A stretch of DNA of 41,214 nucleotides, from the NCBI GenBank assembly GCA_046331705.1, contig JAXLQJ010000062.1, forward strand, positions 1-41,214, given 5' to 3'. The stretch's first letter is position 1. The number at the start of each line of letters is the position of its first letter. The stretch comes from a bacterium (GTDB lineage Bacteria > JADJOY01). Shown here one piece after another: positions 30,235 through 39,242 of the stretch. The notes below the pieces were generated by a model. It searched no databases. It was not told the DNA's origin and saw only the letters and a program-made list of their open reading frames with translations. Position numbers and translations under genes: made by a program.

Positions 30235-31113
30235 GTGAGTTGCATGGACGGAAAGGTGGCCATCGTCACCGGTGGCGGACGCGGGATCGGACGCGAGGAA
30301 TGCCTGCTGCTCGCAGCCGAAGGCGCCAAGGTGGTGGTCAACGACTTCGGCGGGGCGCTCTCGGGCGGTGGCCCAGAAGACGGCGGCAGCGATCTCACGC
30401 CGGCGCAGGAAGTCGTCGAGCGGATCCGATCGCAGGGCGGCGAGGCGATCGCCAATGGGGAGAGCGTCACGTCGTTCGAGGGCGCCAAGCGGATCATCGA
30501 CGCCGCCGTGAGCACGTTCGGACGTCTCGACGCGCTGGTGAACAACGCCGGCATCATCCGCGACCGCATGCTCTACAACATGAGCGAGGAGGAGTTCGAC
30601 TCGGTCATCGCCGTCCACCTCAAGGGCCACTTCAATTGCGCGCGCTGGGCGAGCGCCTACTGGCGCGACGAGTTCAAGAAGGGCAACGGCGATACCCGCC
30701 ACATCGTGAACACCACCAGCGGCGCGGGGCTGATCGGCAATCGCGGGCAGACCAATTACGCGGCGGCGAAGGCCGGCATCGCGATGGTGACCCGCGTGTG
30801 GGCGATGGACCTCGAGGCCTACAACGTGAAGGTGAACGCGATCGCGCCGCTGGCGCGCACCCGCATCACCGAGGCCACGTTCGGCAACTTCGAGGCCGAC
30901 GACGGCGGATTCGACATCATGTCGCCCGCCAACATCGCGCCGCTCGCCGTGTTTCTCGCCTCGGATCTCTCGAACGAGATCAGCGGCGAGGTCTTCGGCA
31001 TCCGCGGCGGCGACCTCGACCGCTACTTCACCTGGAGCAACCCCAAGGCGATCAATAAGGACGGCCGTTGGGCGCCCGCCGAGATCGCCGCGCGGATCGG
31101 AGAGTTGTTTTGA
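30235..31113 (+). CDS. SDR-family oxidoreductase (3-hydroxyacyl-CoA dehydrogenase / MFE-2-like)
   Basis: TGGGRGIG, VVVND, NNAGIIRD, NYAAAK. Confidence 0.92.
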   Translation: MSCMDGKVAIVTGGGRGIGREECLLLAAEGAKVVVNDFGGALSGGGPEDGGSDLTPAQEVVERIRSQGGEAIANGESVTSFEGAKRIIDAAVSTFGRLDALVNNAGIIRDRMLYNMSEEEFDSVIAVHLKGHFNCARWASAYWRDEFKKGNGDTRHIVNTTSGAGLIGNRGQTNYAAAKAGIAMVTRVWAMDLEAYNVKVNAIAPLARTRITEATFGNFEADDGGFDIMSPANIAPLAVFLASDLSNEISGEVFGIRGGDLDRYFTWSNPKAINKDGRWAPAEIAARIGELF

Positions 31114-31234
31114 ACGAGCGACACCCGGCTGGAGCGCGCGCGGTCCCTCGCGCGCGAGGGTTCGGTCGGCCGTCACGGTGGATGCCTGCCCGCCGAGGGA
31201 CCGGCGGGACTCCAACAGCTCGAACGGAGCGCGC

Positions 31235-31687
31235 ATGCCCAAACGCGAATTGATCGGCAAGGAAACGGAAGCCACCACGGTGATGATCGACCCGGCGAAG
31301 TCGAGCGAGTTCGCCAAGGTCGTCGGTGAGCTCGACCCGCTCTACCACGACATCGAGGCGGCGCGGCGCGCCGGCTATCCGAACCTGCTCGCGCCGCCCA
31401 CCTACCCCATCGCGTTCATGGCCGAGTCCATGAACCCCGAGCTCTTCTTCGAGCTCGAGCTCAACCTGCCCTCGATCGTCCACGGCGAGCAGGAATTCCT
31501 CTACTTCCAGCCGATCGTGACGGGCCAGGCGCTGACGATGAAGGGGCGCATCGCCGACATGTGGGAGAAGGTCGGTCGTAGCGGCACCCTCGACTTCGTG
31601 GTGATGGAGGCGGCGGCCAGCGATGCCAACGGCCAGCCGGTCTACACCTCGCGACTGACGCTCATCTCGAAGCGCGCCACGGAATGA
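31235..31687 (+). CDS. MaoC-family dehydratase N-terminal-type subunit (HadA-like hot-dog fold)
   Basis: ATG 31235 after GGAG. EFAKVVGELDPLY.D...A...GY...APPTY, VHGEQEF. Confidence 0.85.
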   Translation: MPKRELIGKETEATTVMIDPAKSSEFAKVVGELDPLYHDIEAARRAGYPNLLAPPTYPIAFMAESMNPELFFELELNLPSIVHGEQEFLYFQPIVTGQALTMKGRIADMWEKVGRSGTLDFVVMEAAASDANGQPVYTSRLTLISKRATE

Positions 31688-31702
31688 GGAGCGGAGGACG
31701 CC

Positions 31703-32104
31703 ATGGCTGAATACCGAGTCGGAGACGAGCTTCCGCCGATGGTCGCGGGCGAGGTGACCCGCGAGCTGATCACGGAGTACTCCCGCGTCTCGAACGATCC
31801 CAACCCGATGCACACCGACGAAGAGCTGGCCCAGACGATGGGTTACCCGACGGTCTACGCCCAGGGGATGCTCGGCATGGCGATGCTCGCCAAGCATCTC
31901 GGACAGGTGGCCGGGATGGGAAAGCTTCGTCAGATCAAGTGTCGCTTCAAGACCATGACCTGGCCGGGCGAGACCATCACCTGCCGCGCCAAGGTCACGG
32001 GCGTCGAGAGCGAGGGTGGCAAGACGCTGGTCAAGGTCGAGATCCACACCGAGAACCAAAACGGCGAGCCCAAGGTGCTCGGCGACGCCACCTTCGAGGC
32101 GTGA
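31703..32104 (+). CDS. MaoC-family (R)-specific enoyl-CoA hydratase subunit (HadB-like)
   Basis: Hydratase-2 motif YSRVSNDPNPMHTDEELA...AQGMLGM. Confidence 0.88.
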   Translation: MAEYRVGDELPPMVAGEVTRELITEYSRVSNDPNPMHTDEELAQTMGYPTVYAQGMLGMAMLAKHLGQVAGMGKLRQIKCRFKTMTWPGETITCRAKVTGVESEGGKTLVKVEIHTENQNGEPKVLGDATFEA

Positions 32105-32105
32105 C

Positions 32106-32135
32106 GCGTGATGTCGAGCATGCTCAACATCACGC
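32106..32135. other. 30-bp near-perfect palindrome just after the MaoC stop codon
   Basis: GCGTGATGTCGAGCA|TGCTCAACATCACGC, 14 of 15 positions pair. Confidence 0.7.
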
Positions 32136-32148
32136 TCGACGCTTCCCC

Positions 32149-32247
32149 GGGGGGCTGTTCCAGCCCCCGCCCCGCCAAGAGCGCGGTCTTGGCGGGGCCC
32201 CACCCCCAAGGCACTCGCTGCGCTCGTGGCTCGCCGCTGGCTCGCGG
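32149..32247 (+). repeat. Solo dispersed copy of the ~100-bp core of the 16.1-17.0 kb repeat
   Basis: GGGGGGCTGTTCCAGCCCCCG...CCCCACCCCCAAGGCACTCGCTGCGCTCGTGGCTCGCCGCTGGCTCGCGG matches the array units. The central stem has a different sequence but still pairs. Confidence 0.9.
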
Positions 32248-32307
32248 CAACGACTCGCGCGTTCGTGACGCGAAACGGCACAACCGACACGATCGGAGAC
32301 GATCCCC

Positions 32308-33543
32308 ATGTTTCCCGTAGACCGACGCCGTGAGCCCGTCCTCGTGGGGTACGTCCGGACGCCGTTCGGACGCGCCGACAAGAAGAAGGGACACCTGCGC
32401 AATCAGCGCTCCGACGATCTCGCCATCCACTTGCTGAAGGCGCTCGTCGAGCGCACCGGTGTCGCGCCCAAGGACGTGGACGAGGTGATCCTGGGCGCCG
32501 TCGAGCTGGTCGGCGAGCAAGCCCACCCGGCGCGAAACGTCGGCTACCTGGCCGACTTCCCGGTCGAGGTCACCGGCCTCACGGTGGAGCGCGCGTGCGT
32601 CACGCCCATGTCTGCGATCCACATCGCGGCGATGAGCGTCGTCTCGAACGTGGGTGATTGTTACATCGCCGGCGGCCTCGACAGCATGACCCACCTGGCC
32701 ATCCCGGTGATGCGCGCGGACATGGACATCTTCGAGGTCATCAACGAGCCCGGCACGCTCATGTCCACCCAGAACCCCAACCCCAAGCTCTTCGACAAGG
32801 TGAATCCGATGGAGCTGACCGGCGGCGTCGCCGCCGAGCGCATGGCCGTGCTCTACGACCTGTCGCGCGAAGAGATGGATCGTTGGGCGCACCAGAGCCA
32901 CGTACGCGCGGTCCGCGCCCACGAGGAGGGCCGCTTCCAGGACGAGATCGTGCCCATCGAGGGTCACCTCGACGACGGCACGCCCTTTCTCATGGACCGG
33001 GATCAGTGCCCGCGGCCGGGATCGAGCTACGAGAAGATCGCGAGTCTGCCCACGCCGTTTCAGTTCGAGGGGGGGCGCGTCACCGCGGCCGCCGCGTCCG
33101 GCCAGGCGGACGGAGCGGCGGTGGTGATGGTCATGTCCCGCGAGAACGCCGAGAGACGCGGGCTCACACCCCTCGCCACGATCCGCGGCATCGCCGTCGC
33201 CGGCTGCGATCCGACCAACCTCGTCTATTCCGCGGTGCCGGCATCGAAGAAGGTTCTGGCCAAGACCGGCATCCGCGCCGACCAGCTCGATCTCATCGAG
33301 TGCAACGAAGCCTTCGCGTGCGCACCGATCATGGTCATGAAGGAGCTCGGCTTCACCGATGCCGAGCGCGTGAACCCCAACGGCGGCGGCTGCGCCCTCG
33401 GCCACCCCGTGGGAGCCACGGGCGCGCGGCTGGTGGGCCATCTGGCTCTCGAGCTCAAGCGACGGGGCGGCCGGTATGGCTTGGCGACGATCTGCGGCGG
33501 TTTCGGCCAAGGCGGAGCAACGCTCATCGAAGTGGAGAGCTGA
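32308..33543 (+). CDS. Acetyl-CoA C-acyltransferase (degradative thiolase, FadA-like)
   Basis: VRTPFG, TVERAC (catalytic Cys), NEAFA, ALGHPVGATG, ICGGFGQG. Confidence 0.92.
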   Translation: MFPVDRRREPVLVGYVRTPFGRADKKKGHLRNQRSDDLAIHLLKALVERTGVAPKDVDEVILGAVELVGEQAHPARNVGYLADFPVEVTGLTVERACVTPMSAIHIAAMSVVSNVGDCYIAGGLDSMTHLAIPVMRADMDIFEVINEPGTLMSTQNPNPKLFDKVNPMELTGGVAAERMAVLYDLSREEMDRWAHQSHVRAVRAHEEGRFQDEIVPIEGHLDDGTPFLMDRDQCPRPGSSYEKIASLPTPFQFEGGRVTAAAASGQADGAAVVMVMSRENAERRGLTPLATIRGIAVAGCDPTNLVYSAVPASKKVLAKTGIRADQLDLIECNEAFACAPIMVMKELGFTDAERVNPNGGGCALGHPVGATGARLVGHLALELKRRGGRYGLATICGGFGQGGATLIEVES

Positions 33544-33581
33544 AACCCGAGCAGCCGGCGGCGCGCCGGCAACGAGGCCGA

Positions 33582-34193
33582 ATGAAGACCCTCGCGTGGC
33601 TGGTGCTCTTCGCATGCTTCACGACCCTCGCCGTCGCCCAGACGGACTCCGCGCCCGCTGCTCCACCGTCCTGCGCAAGCGTCGAGCCTCGGCCCGCCGC
33701 CGATCTCGGCGATCCCAACCCCTCGCTCGAGATCACGCCGCAGGTCACCTTCTACACCGGTGACGCGCTGCGCTCGTTCATCGCCGGCGGCGCCAGCGTC
33801 ACGTATCGCTTCACGCGCGCGTGGTGGGCCTCCGCGGAGGTGCTCTACGGCTCGGCCCTGGTCGACCCCGTCACCACGCTGGAGGTGGAGGACGGCGACT
33901 CGTTCCTGGTGGTGAACGCGGCCGTGGTGTGGAACGTGCCCTTGCGCATGGGGCTCGACGACGATTCGTGGTACGCGGACATGTACACGTCGCTCGGACC
34001 CGCATGGTTCAAGGTCGGCCCCAACGACGCGATCGGCGGCTTCATCGGCGGCGGCATGACGATTCACACGCCGCTCGCCTGGCTCGGGCTTCGCGCCGAT
34101 GTGAAGAACTTCTTCTACTCGCTGCCGAATCACGGCGGGCAGGACTTCAACTCCGACCTGGAGATCTCGCTGGGACCGATCCTGCAATTCTGA
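33582..34193 (+). CDS. Small outer-membrane beta-barrel protein
   Basis: ATG 33582 within ORF 32658..34193. Signal peptide MKTLAWLVLFACFTTLAVA, alternating amphipathic strands, C-terminal beta-signal LEISLGPILQF. Confidence 0.75.
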   Translation: MKTLAWLVLFACFTTLAVAQTDSAPAAPPSCASVEPRPAADLGDPNPSLEITPQVTFYTGDALRSFIAGGASVTYRFTRAWWASAEVLYGSALVDPVTTLEVEDGDSFLVVNAAVVWNVPLRMGLDDDSWYADMYTSLGPAWFKVGPNDAIGGFIGGGMTIHTPLAWLGLRADVKNFFYSLPNHGGQDFNSDLEISLGPILQF

Positions 34194-34241
34194 GCGCGTC
34201 GCAAGCCAGCGATGCGGGGTCCGCCCCGCCGAGGAGCCGCC

Positions 34242-35393
34242 ATGTACCAGGGCATCCCCGCCGTCGACGCCGACGGCCACGTCATCGAGCCGATCGATCT
34301 GTGGGATCGCTACATCGAGCCGGAGTTTCGCGATCAGGCGCCGCGCTGCCGCGGCGCGATCACCGTCGAGGTCTGCGGCCACCGCATGCCCGACGTGATC
34401 GGCTGGCGGGAGAGCTACGACGACCCTCGACAGCACACCCAGGAGCGGTTCCGATTCGCCGCCGAGCGCGGCTACGACGCCGCGAGCCAGCTCGAAGCCA
34501 TGGACATCGAGGGCTTCGACATGGCGGTGCTCTATCCCTCGCGTGGGCTCTTCGCCGCGTCGGCCAACGGCATCCCCGGCCCGCTCTCGGGTGCCATCTG
34601 CCGCGCCTACAACCGCTGGCTCGCCGAGTTCTGCAGCCACGCACCCCACCGATTGATGGGCGCCGCGATGGTGGCGCTGCACGATCCCGCCGTGGCGGTG
34701 CGCGAAGCTGTCTACGCCATCGAGGAGCTCGGCCTGCGCTCGATCTTCCTGCGCCCCAACCCGGTGAACGGCAAGACCATCGACCACGCCGACTTCGACG
34801 ACCTCTACGCCGAAGCCGCGCGCATGGGCGTACCGGTGGCCACCCACGAGGGCGCCGGCGTCCACCTCGAGGAGTACGGCCGCACGCGCTACGACAAGCT
34901 CTTCAAGATCCACATGGTGAGTCACGCCGTCGAAGCCATGGGGGCGTGCATGGATCTGATCGTGGGCGGCGTGCTGGCGCGCCATCCCGGGTTGCGCTGC
35001 GTGTTCCTGGAAGCCTCCTGCGGCTGGGCGCCCTGGTGGCTCGAGCGCATGGACGAGCATTTCGAGGGCTACCACGGCAAACGCGAGTGCCCCGACCTCA
35101 CCATGCTGCCGAGCGAGTATTTCCGCCGCCAGTGCTACGTGGCCGCGGAGGTCGACGAGCGCGCCGCGAAGTACGTGGTGGACGCCTTCGGCGACGACAA
35201 CCTCGTCATGGGCAGCGACTATCCCCACGGCGACGGCAGCTTCCCGACGGCGCTCGAGGACTTCGTGGGGGTCGAGACACTCTCCGAGGACAGCAAGCGC
35301 AAGGCGCTCTGGGACAACCCCGTGCGCCTCTACAACCTCCACGCGGAAGCCGCCGCGCTAGGCAAGCCCGTGAGCCAGGTCCCGGCACCATGA
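34242..35393 (+). CDS. Amidohydrolase-2 family metal-dependent hydrolase/decarboxylase
   Basis: ATG 34242 after GAGGAG. DADGHVIEP, AYNRWLAEFC, ATHEG, FLEASCGWAP, GSDYPHGD. Confidence 0.9.
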   Translation: MYQGIPAVDADGHVIEPIDLWDRYIEPEFRDQAPRCRGAITVEVCGHRMPDVIGWRESYDDPRQHTQERFRFAAERGYDAASQLEAMDIEGFDMAVLYPSRGLFAASANGIPGPLSGAICRAYNRWLAEFCSHAPHRLMGAAMVALHDPAVAVREAVYAIEELGLRSIFLRPNPVNGKTIDHADFDDLYAEAARMGVPVATHEGAGVHLEEYGRTRYDKLFKIHMVSHAVEAMGACMDLIVGGVLARHPGLRCVFLEASCGWAPWWLERMDEHFEGYHGKRECPDLTMLPSEYFRRQCYVAAEVDERAAKYVVDAFGDDNLVMGSDYPHGDGSFPTALEDFVGVETLSEDSKRKALWDNPVRLYNLHAEAAALGKPVSQVPAP

Positions 35394-35444
35394 GCGCCGC
35401 GCGGCCGCTGGCGGCGCAGCGCGTCCCCGCGCGGAGCGGATGAC

Positions 35445-36326
35445 GTGCGCATCGGCATCATCGGCCTCGGCAACATCGGCGGCGCCGTCGCCGCCCATCT
35501 CGCTGCCGATGGGCACGCGCTGGCGGTGCTCGACTCCGACGGCGAGCGGGTCACGGCCCTCGTCGCCGCGGGAGCGACGCCTGCGGCGACCGCCAGCGAG
35601 GTCGCGGCGCGAAGCGAGCTCACGCTGCTCTCGCTGCCCACCCCCGCGATCGTCGACGCCGTCGCCGACGAATGGCGGGTCGGCGCGAGCGAGGGCGCGG
35701 TGCTGGTCGATCTCTCGACCAACGCGCCGGCCTCCGTGCGCGCGCTGGGCGCTCGCATCGGCGCCGCTGGCGCACACCTTCTCGAAGCCCCGCTCACCGG
35801 CGGCGCGCCCGGTGCCCGCGCGCGCAAGCTGGTCTTCTTCGTGGGCGGCGAGGACGCGGTGTTCGCCCGCGCCCGGCCGATCCTCGACTCCCTCGGCCGC
35901 GCGTGCATCCACGTCGGCCCGCTCGGCGCCGGCAACACCGCCAAGCTCGTGAACAGCCTGATCGCGTTCACCACCACGTGGGCCTCGCTCGAAGGCCTCT
36001 CGATCGCCGCCGCGGCGGGGATCGAGCTGCGCACGATGATCGACGCCGTGCGCACCGGCGGCGCCAGCAACTTCTACGTCGACAAGGTCGTCGACGGGCT
36101 CGATCAGCGCGGCCGCACCGTGCAATTCGCCCTCGAGCTCGCCGCCAAGGACGCCGACCTGGTCACCGAGCTCGCCGCGAGCCTCGGTGTGCCGGCGCCC
36201 ATCGGCGAGCGCATTCGCGACGGCTTGCGCGCCGCGACCGCGGCAGGTTTCGGCGGGCGCGACTGGTCCGATCTCGTGGAATGGATCGAGCACCAATCGG
36301 GCCAGCGCATGCGACTCGATCGCTGA
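35445..36326 (+). CDS. NAD(P)-dependent beta-hydroxyacid dehydrogenase (3-hydroxyisobutyrate dehydrogenase family)
   Basis: IGIIGLGNIG, VDLST, LEAPLTGG, AKLVNSL, FALELAAKD. Confidence 0.88.
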   Translation: MRIGIIGLGNIGGAVAAHLAADGHALAVLDSDGERVTALVAAGATPAATASEVAARSELTLLSLPTPAIVDAVADEWRVGASEGAVLVDLSTNAPASVRALGARIGAAGAHLLEAPLTGGAPGARARKLVFFVGGEDAVFARARPILDSLGRACIHVGPLGAGNTAKLVNSLIAFTTTWASLEGLSIAAAAGIELRTMIDAVRTGGASNFYVDKVVDGLDQRGRTVQFALELAAKDADLVTELAASLGVPAPIGERIRDGLRAATAAGFGGRDWSDLVEWIEHQSGQRMRLDR

Positions 36327-36399
36327 GCGGCGTCGGCGCGGAAACGCAGCACGCCGCGCGCCGCGGTGTTCGTCGGGGCCGAATCAGGTCAGGGGTGCG

Positions 36400-37176
36400 T
36401 CAGGGCTGGGTGGCACGCCCGGCGGGCAGCCAGCACAGCCTGTCGCGAAGTCCCGCCTCGGCGAACGCCGCGTCGATCTCCTCGCGACCTTCGCGAAAAT
36501 GCTCCCAACCCTCGTAGTGCACCGGCACGATGCGCGCACCGGGAAACGCCTGCGCGGCGAGCACCCCCTCGCGGGCGGTGAACGTGAGGTGCCAGGGACC
36601 CACCGCGTCCACCCGCGCGGCGCCCATGAAGAGCACCGCCAGCCGGATCGCGAAGCGTCGCGGAATCTCGAGCAGCTCGTCGTACCAGACCGTGTCGCCG
36701 GAGAGGTAGATCGCGTCGTCGGGCTGGTCGGCGAAGGCCAACACGAACCCGATCACCGGTCCCCGATCCGCGTGCGCCGGCCCGTGGCGGCACGCAGTGG
36801 CCGTGATGCGCAGCACGCGCTCGTCTGCGGTGCGCAGCTCCGCCGTCCCCCACGGCGCCAGCCCTTCGACCGCGCCCCCGAGTCGCGTCGCGCCCGCCTC
36901 GGTGGTGAGCACTCGAGGCACGTGGCCCACGAGCTCGCGACCGGCGTGGTCGAGGTTGTCGAAGTGGTGATCGTGGCTGAGCAGCACCGCGTCGAGCGCT
37001 CCCAGCGCGTCGGGCGCCAGCGCCGGGCCACGCGTCTTGCGAAGCACGTACGACGCGGCGCGGTACTCGCCGCCCGCGGGATCGAATGTGGGATCGGTGA
37101 GCAGCCGCAGCCCACCCCATTCGAGCAGCACCGTCGGCCCACCGACGTAGGTCATCCGCAGTGAATCGGCCGGCAT
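36400..37176 (-). CDS. Metallo-beta-lactamase-fold hydrolase
   Basis: GGPTVLLE.GGLRLLTDPTFD, LLSHDHHFDNLD, YLSGDT, VPVHYEGWEHF. Confidence 0.88.
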   Translation of the reverse strand: MPADSLRMTYVGGPTVLLEWGGLRLLTDPTFDPAGGEYRAASYVLRKTRGPALAPDALGALDAVLLSHDHHFDNLDHAGRELVGHVPRVLTTEAGATRLGGAVEGLAPWGTAELRTADERVLRITATACRHGPAHADRGPVIGFVLAFADQPDDAIYLSGDTVWYDELLEIPRRFAIRLAVLFMGAARVDAVGPWHLTFTAREGVLAAQAFPGARIVPVHYEGWEHFREGREEIDAAFAEAGLRDRLCWLPAGRATQP

Positions 37177-37279
37177 GGGTCTCGACCTCCGCCGCGCGGC
37201 GCCGCGAGGCGTGCGCGCGCGCTACTTCTCGAGCGGCCGATTCACGACGTTTCGCCCGCGCTCGGCCGCGAGCGAATCA

Positions 37280-38224
<945 letters not shown>

Positions 38225-38604
38225 GGGATTCCCCTCTTCGGCGAGCGCTGCAGGTTGGTCCCTGCTGGTTGGTGCCTGAGCATACGTCGATCGAGGGCGG
38301 AGGGCTTCAGCGGAGCACGCGCGGTGCACGGGCGCTGGCTCACCAGCGCAGGCCCGCGTCCGATCGCGTCGGGCCGGAAGGCCAGCGACGACGGTGCGGC
38401 GATCGCGCTCCACGAGTCGGGTCGATTTGGACCGCCGCCGGGACCGCCGCCACGCGCACCGGCGCGGATCGACCCCGCGCGGTGGGAACGCCTGGCGCTC
38501 GCGCGGTACGGCGGCACGGCGCTGACTCGCGATCCTCCGCGAAAACCGCGCGCATTCGTGGCACCCCCGCGAATTCGGCGATCAGCCTCGCGCTGCCCGC
38601 GCGT

Positions 38605-38620
38605 CGGCAAGAGTCTTGCT
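38605..38620 (+). promoter_or_regulatory. Putative sigma54 (-24/-12) promoter of the PilZ gene
   Basis: CGGCAAGAGTCTTGCT has GG-N10-GC with TTGC, ending 51 bp upstream of ATG 38672. Confidence 0.55.
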
Positions 38621-38671
38621 CTCTCACGGCCGAGACGCACCAATCAAGGCGCGTTCGGCCCGGAGGGAGCC

Positions 38672-39202
38672 ATGCGAGTCACGGATCGACGATCGGAAGC
38701 GAGGGACGCACGAGCCGAACCCGCCGCTGCAGCGCAGGCGGCCGCGCGTGGCGCACACGCACCGGTACCGAGCCCCGAGCGGCGCGCCTCGGTTCGCCAG
38801 GCCAGCACGATCTCGATCGAAGTCTCGGTTCCCCACGAGCACCGCGCGCGACCACACGTGCTGCGGAACCTGAGCGCGGGCGGCCTCTCCTACACCGCCA
38901 CGCGACCCGTGAAGCCCGGAACCATCGTCTCGATTCGCTTCCGCGTGTCGGACCCGGCGGTGGTCTTGGTTGGCCAGATCAGCTGGTGCGAGCTCTCCGA
39001 GCACGGCTACGAGGTGGGCGTGCGGTTCCTGGGCGGTCTCGACGCCGCTCGCGCCCGTGTCCTCGACGAGCTCTCCGAGCTCACCGCCGAGCGTCGCGCC
39101 GCCCGCGCCGACGCGCGTCGCCGGTTGCGCACCGAGCGCATCGCCGCCGCCTGGGCGATCCGTCACGCGAGCGCGCTTCCCGGCGCCGCCGCACAGCACT
39201 GA
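38672..39202 (+). CDS. PilZ-domain (c-di-GMP-binding) protein
   Basis: ATG 38672 after GGAGGGAG. RRASVR (RxxxR) and NLSAGG ([D/N]xSxxG), G.I.WC...YEVGVRF, helical C-terminal tail. Confidence 0.85.
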   Translation: MRVTDRRSEARDARAEPAAAAQAAARGAHAPVPSPERRASVRQASTISIEVSVPHEHRARPHVLRNLSAGGLSYTATRPVKPGTIVSIRFRVSDPAVVLVGQISWCELSEHGYEVGVRFLGGLDAARARVLDELSELTAERRAARADARRRLRTERIAAAWAIRHASALPGAAAQH

Positions 39203-39242
39203 GCCCGGTCCGGCAGCGGGCCCCCGGATCCCTGCGCGGCGC

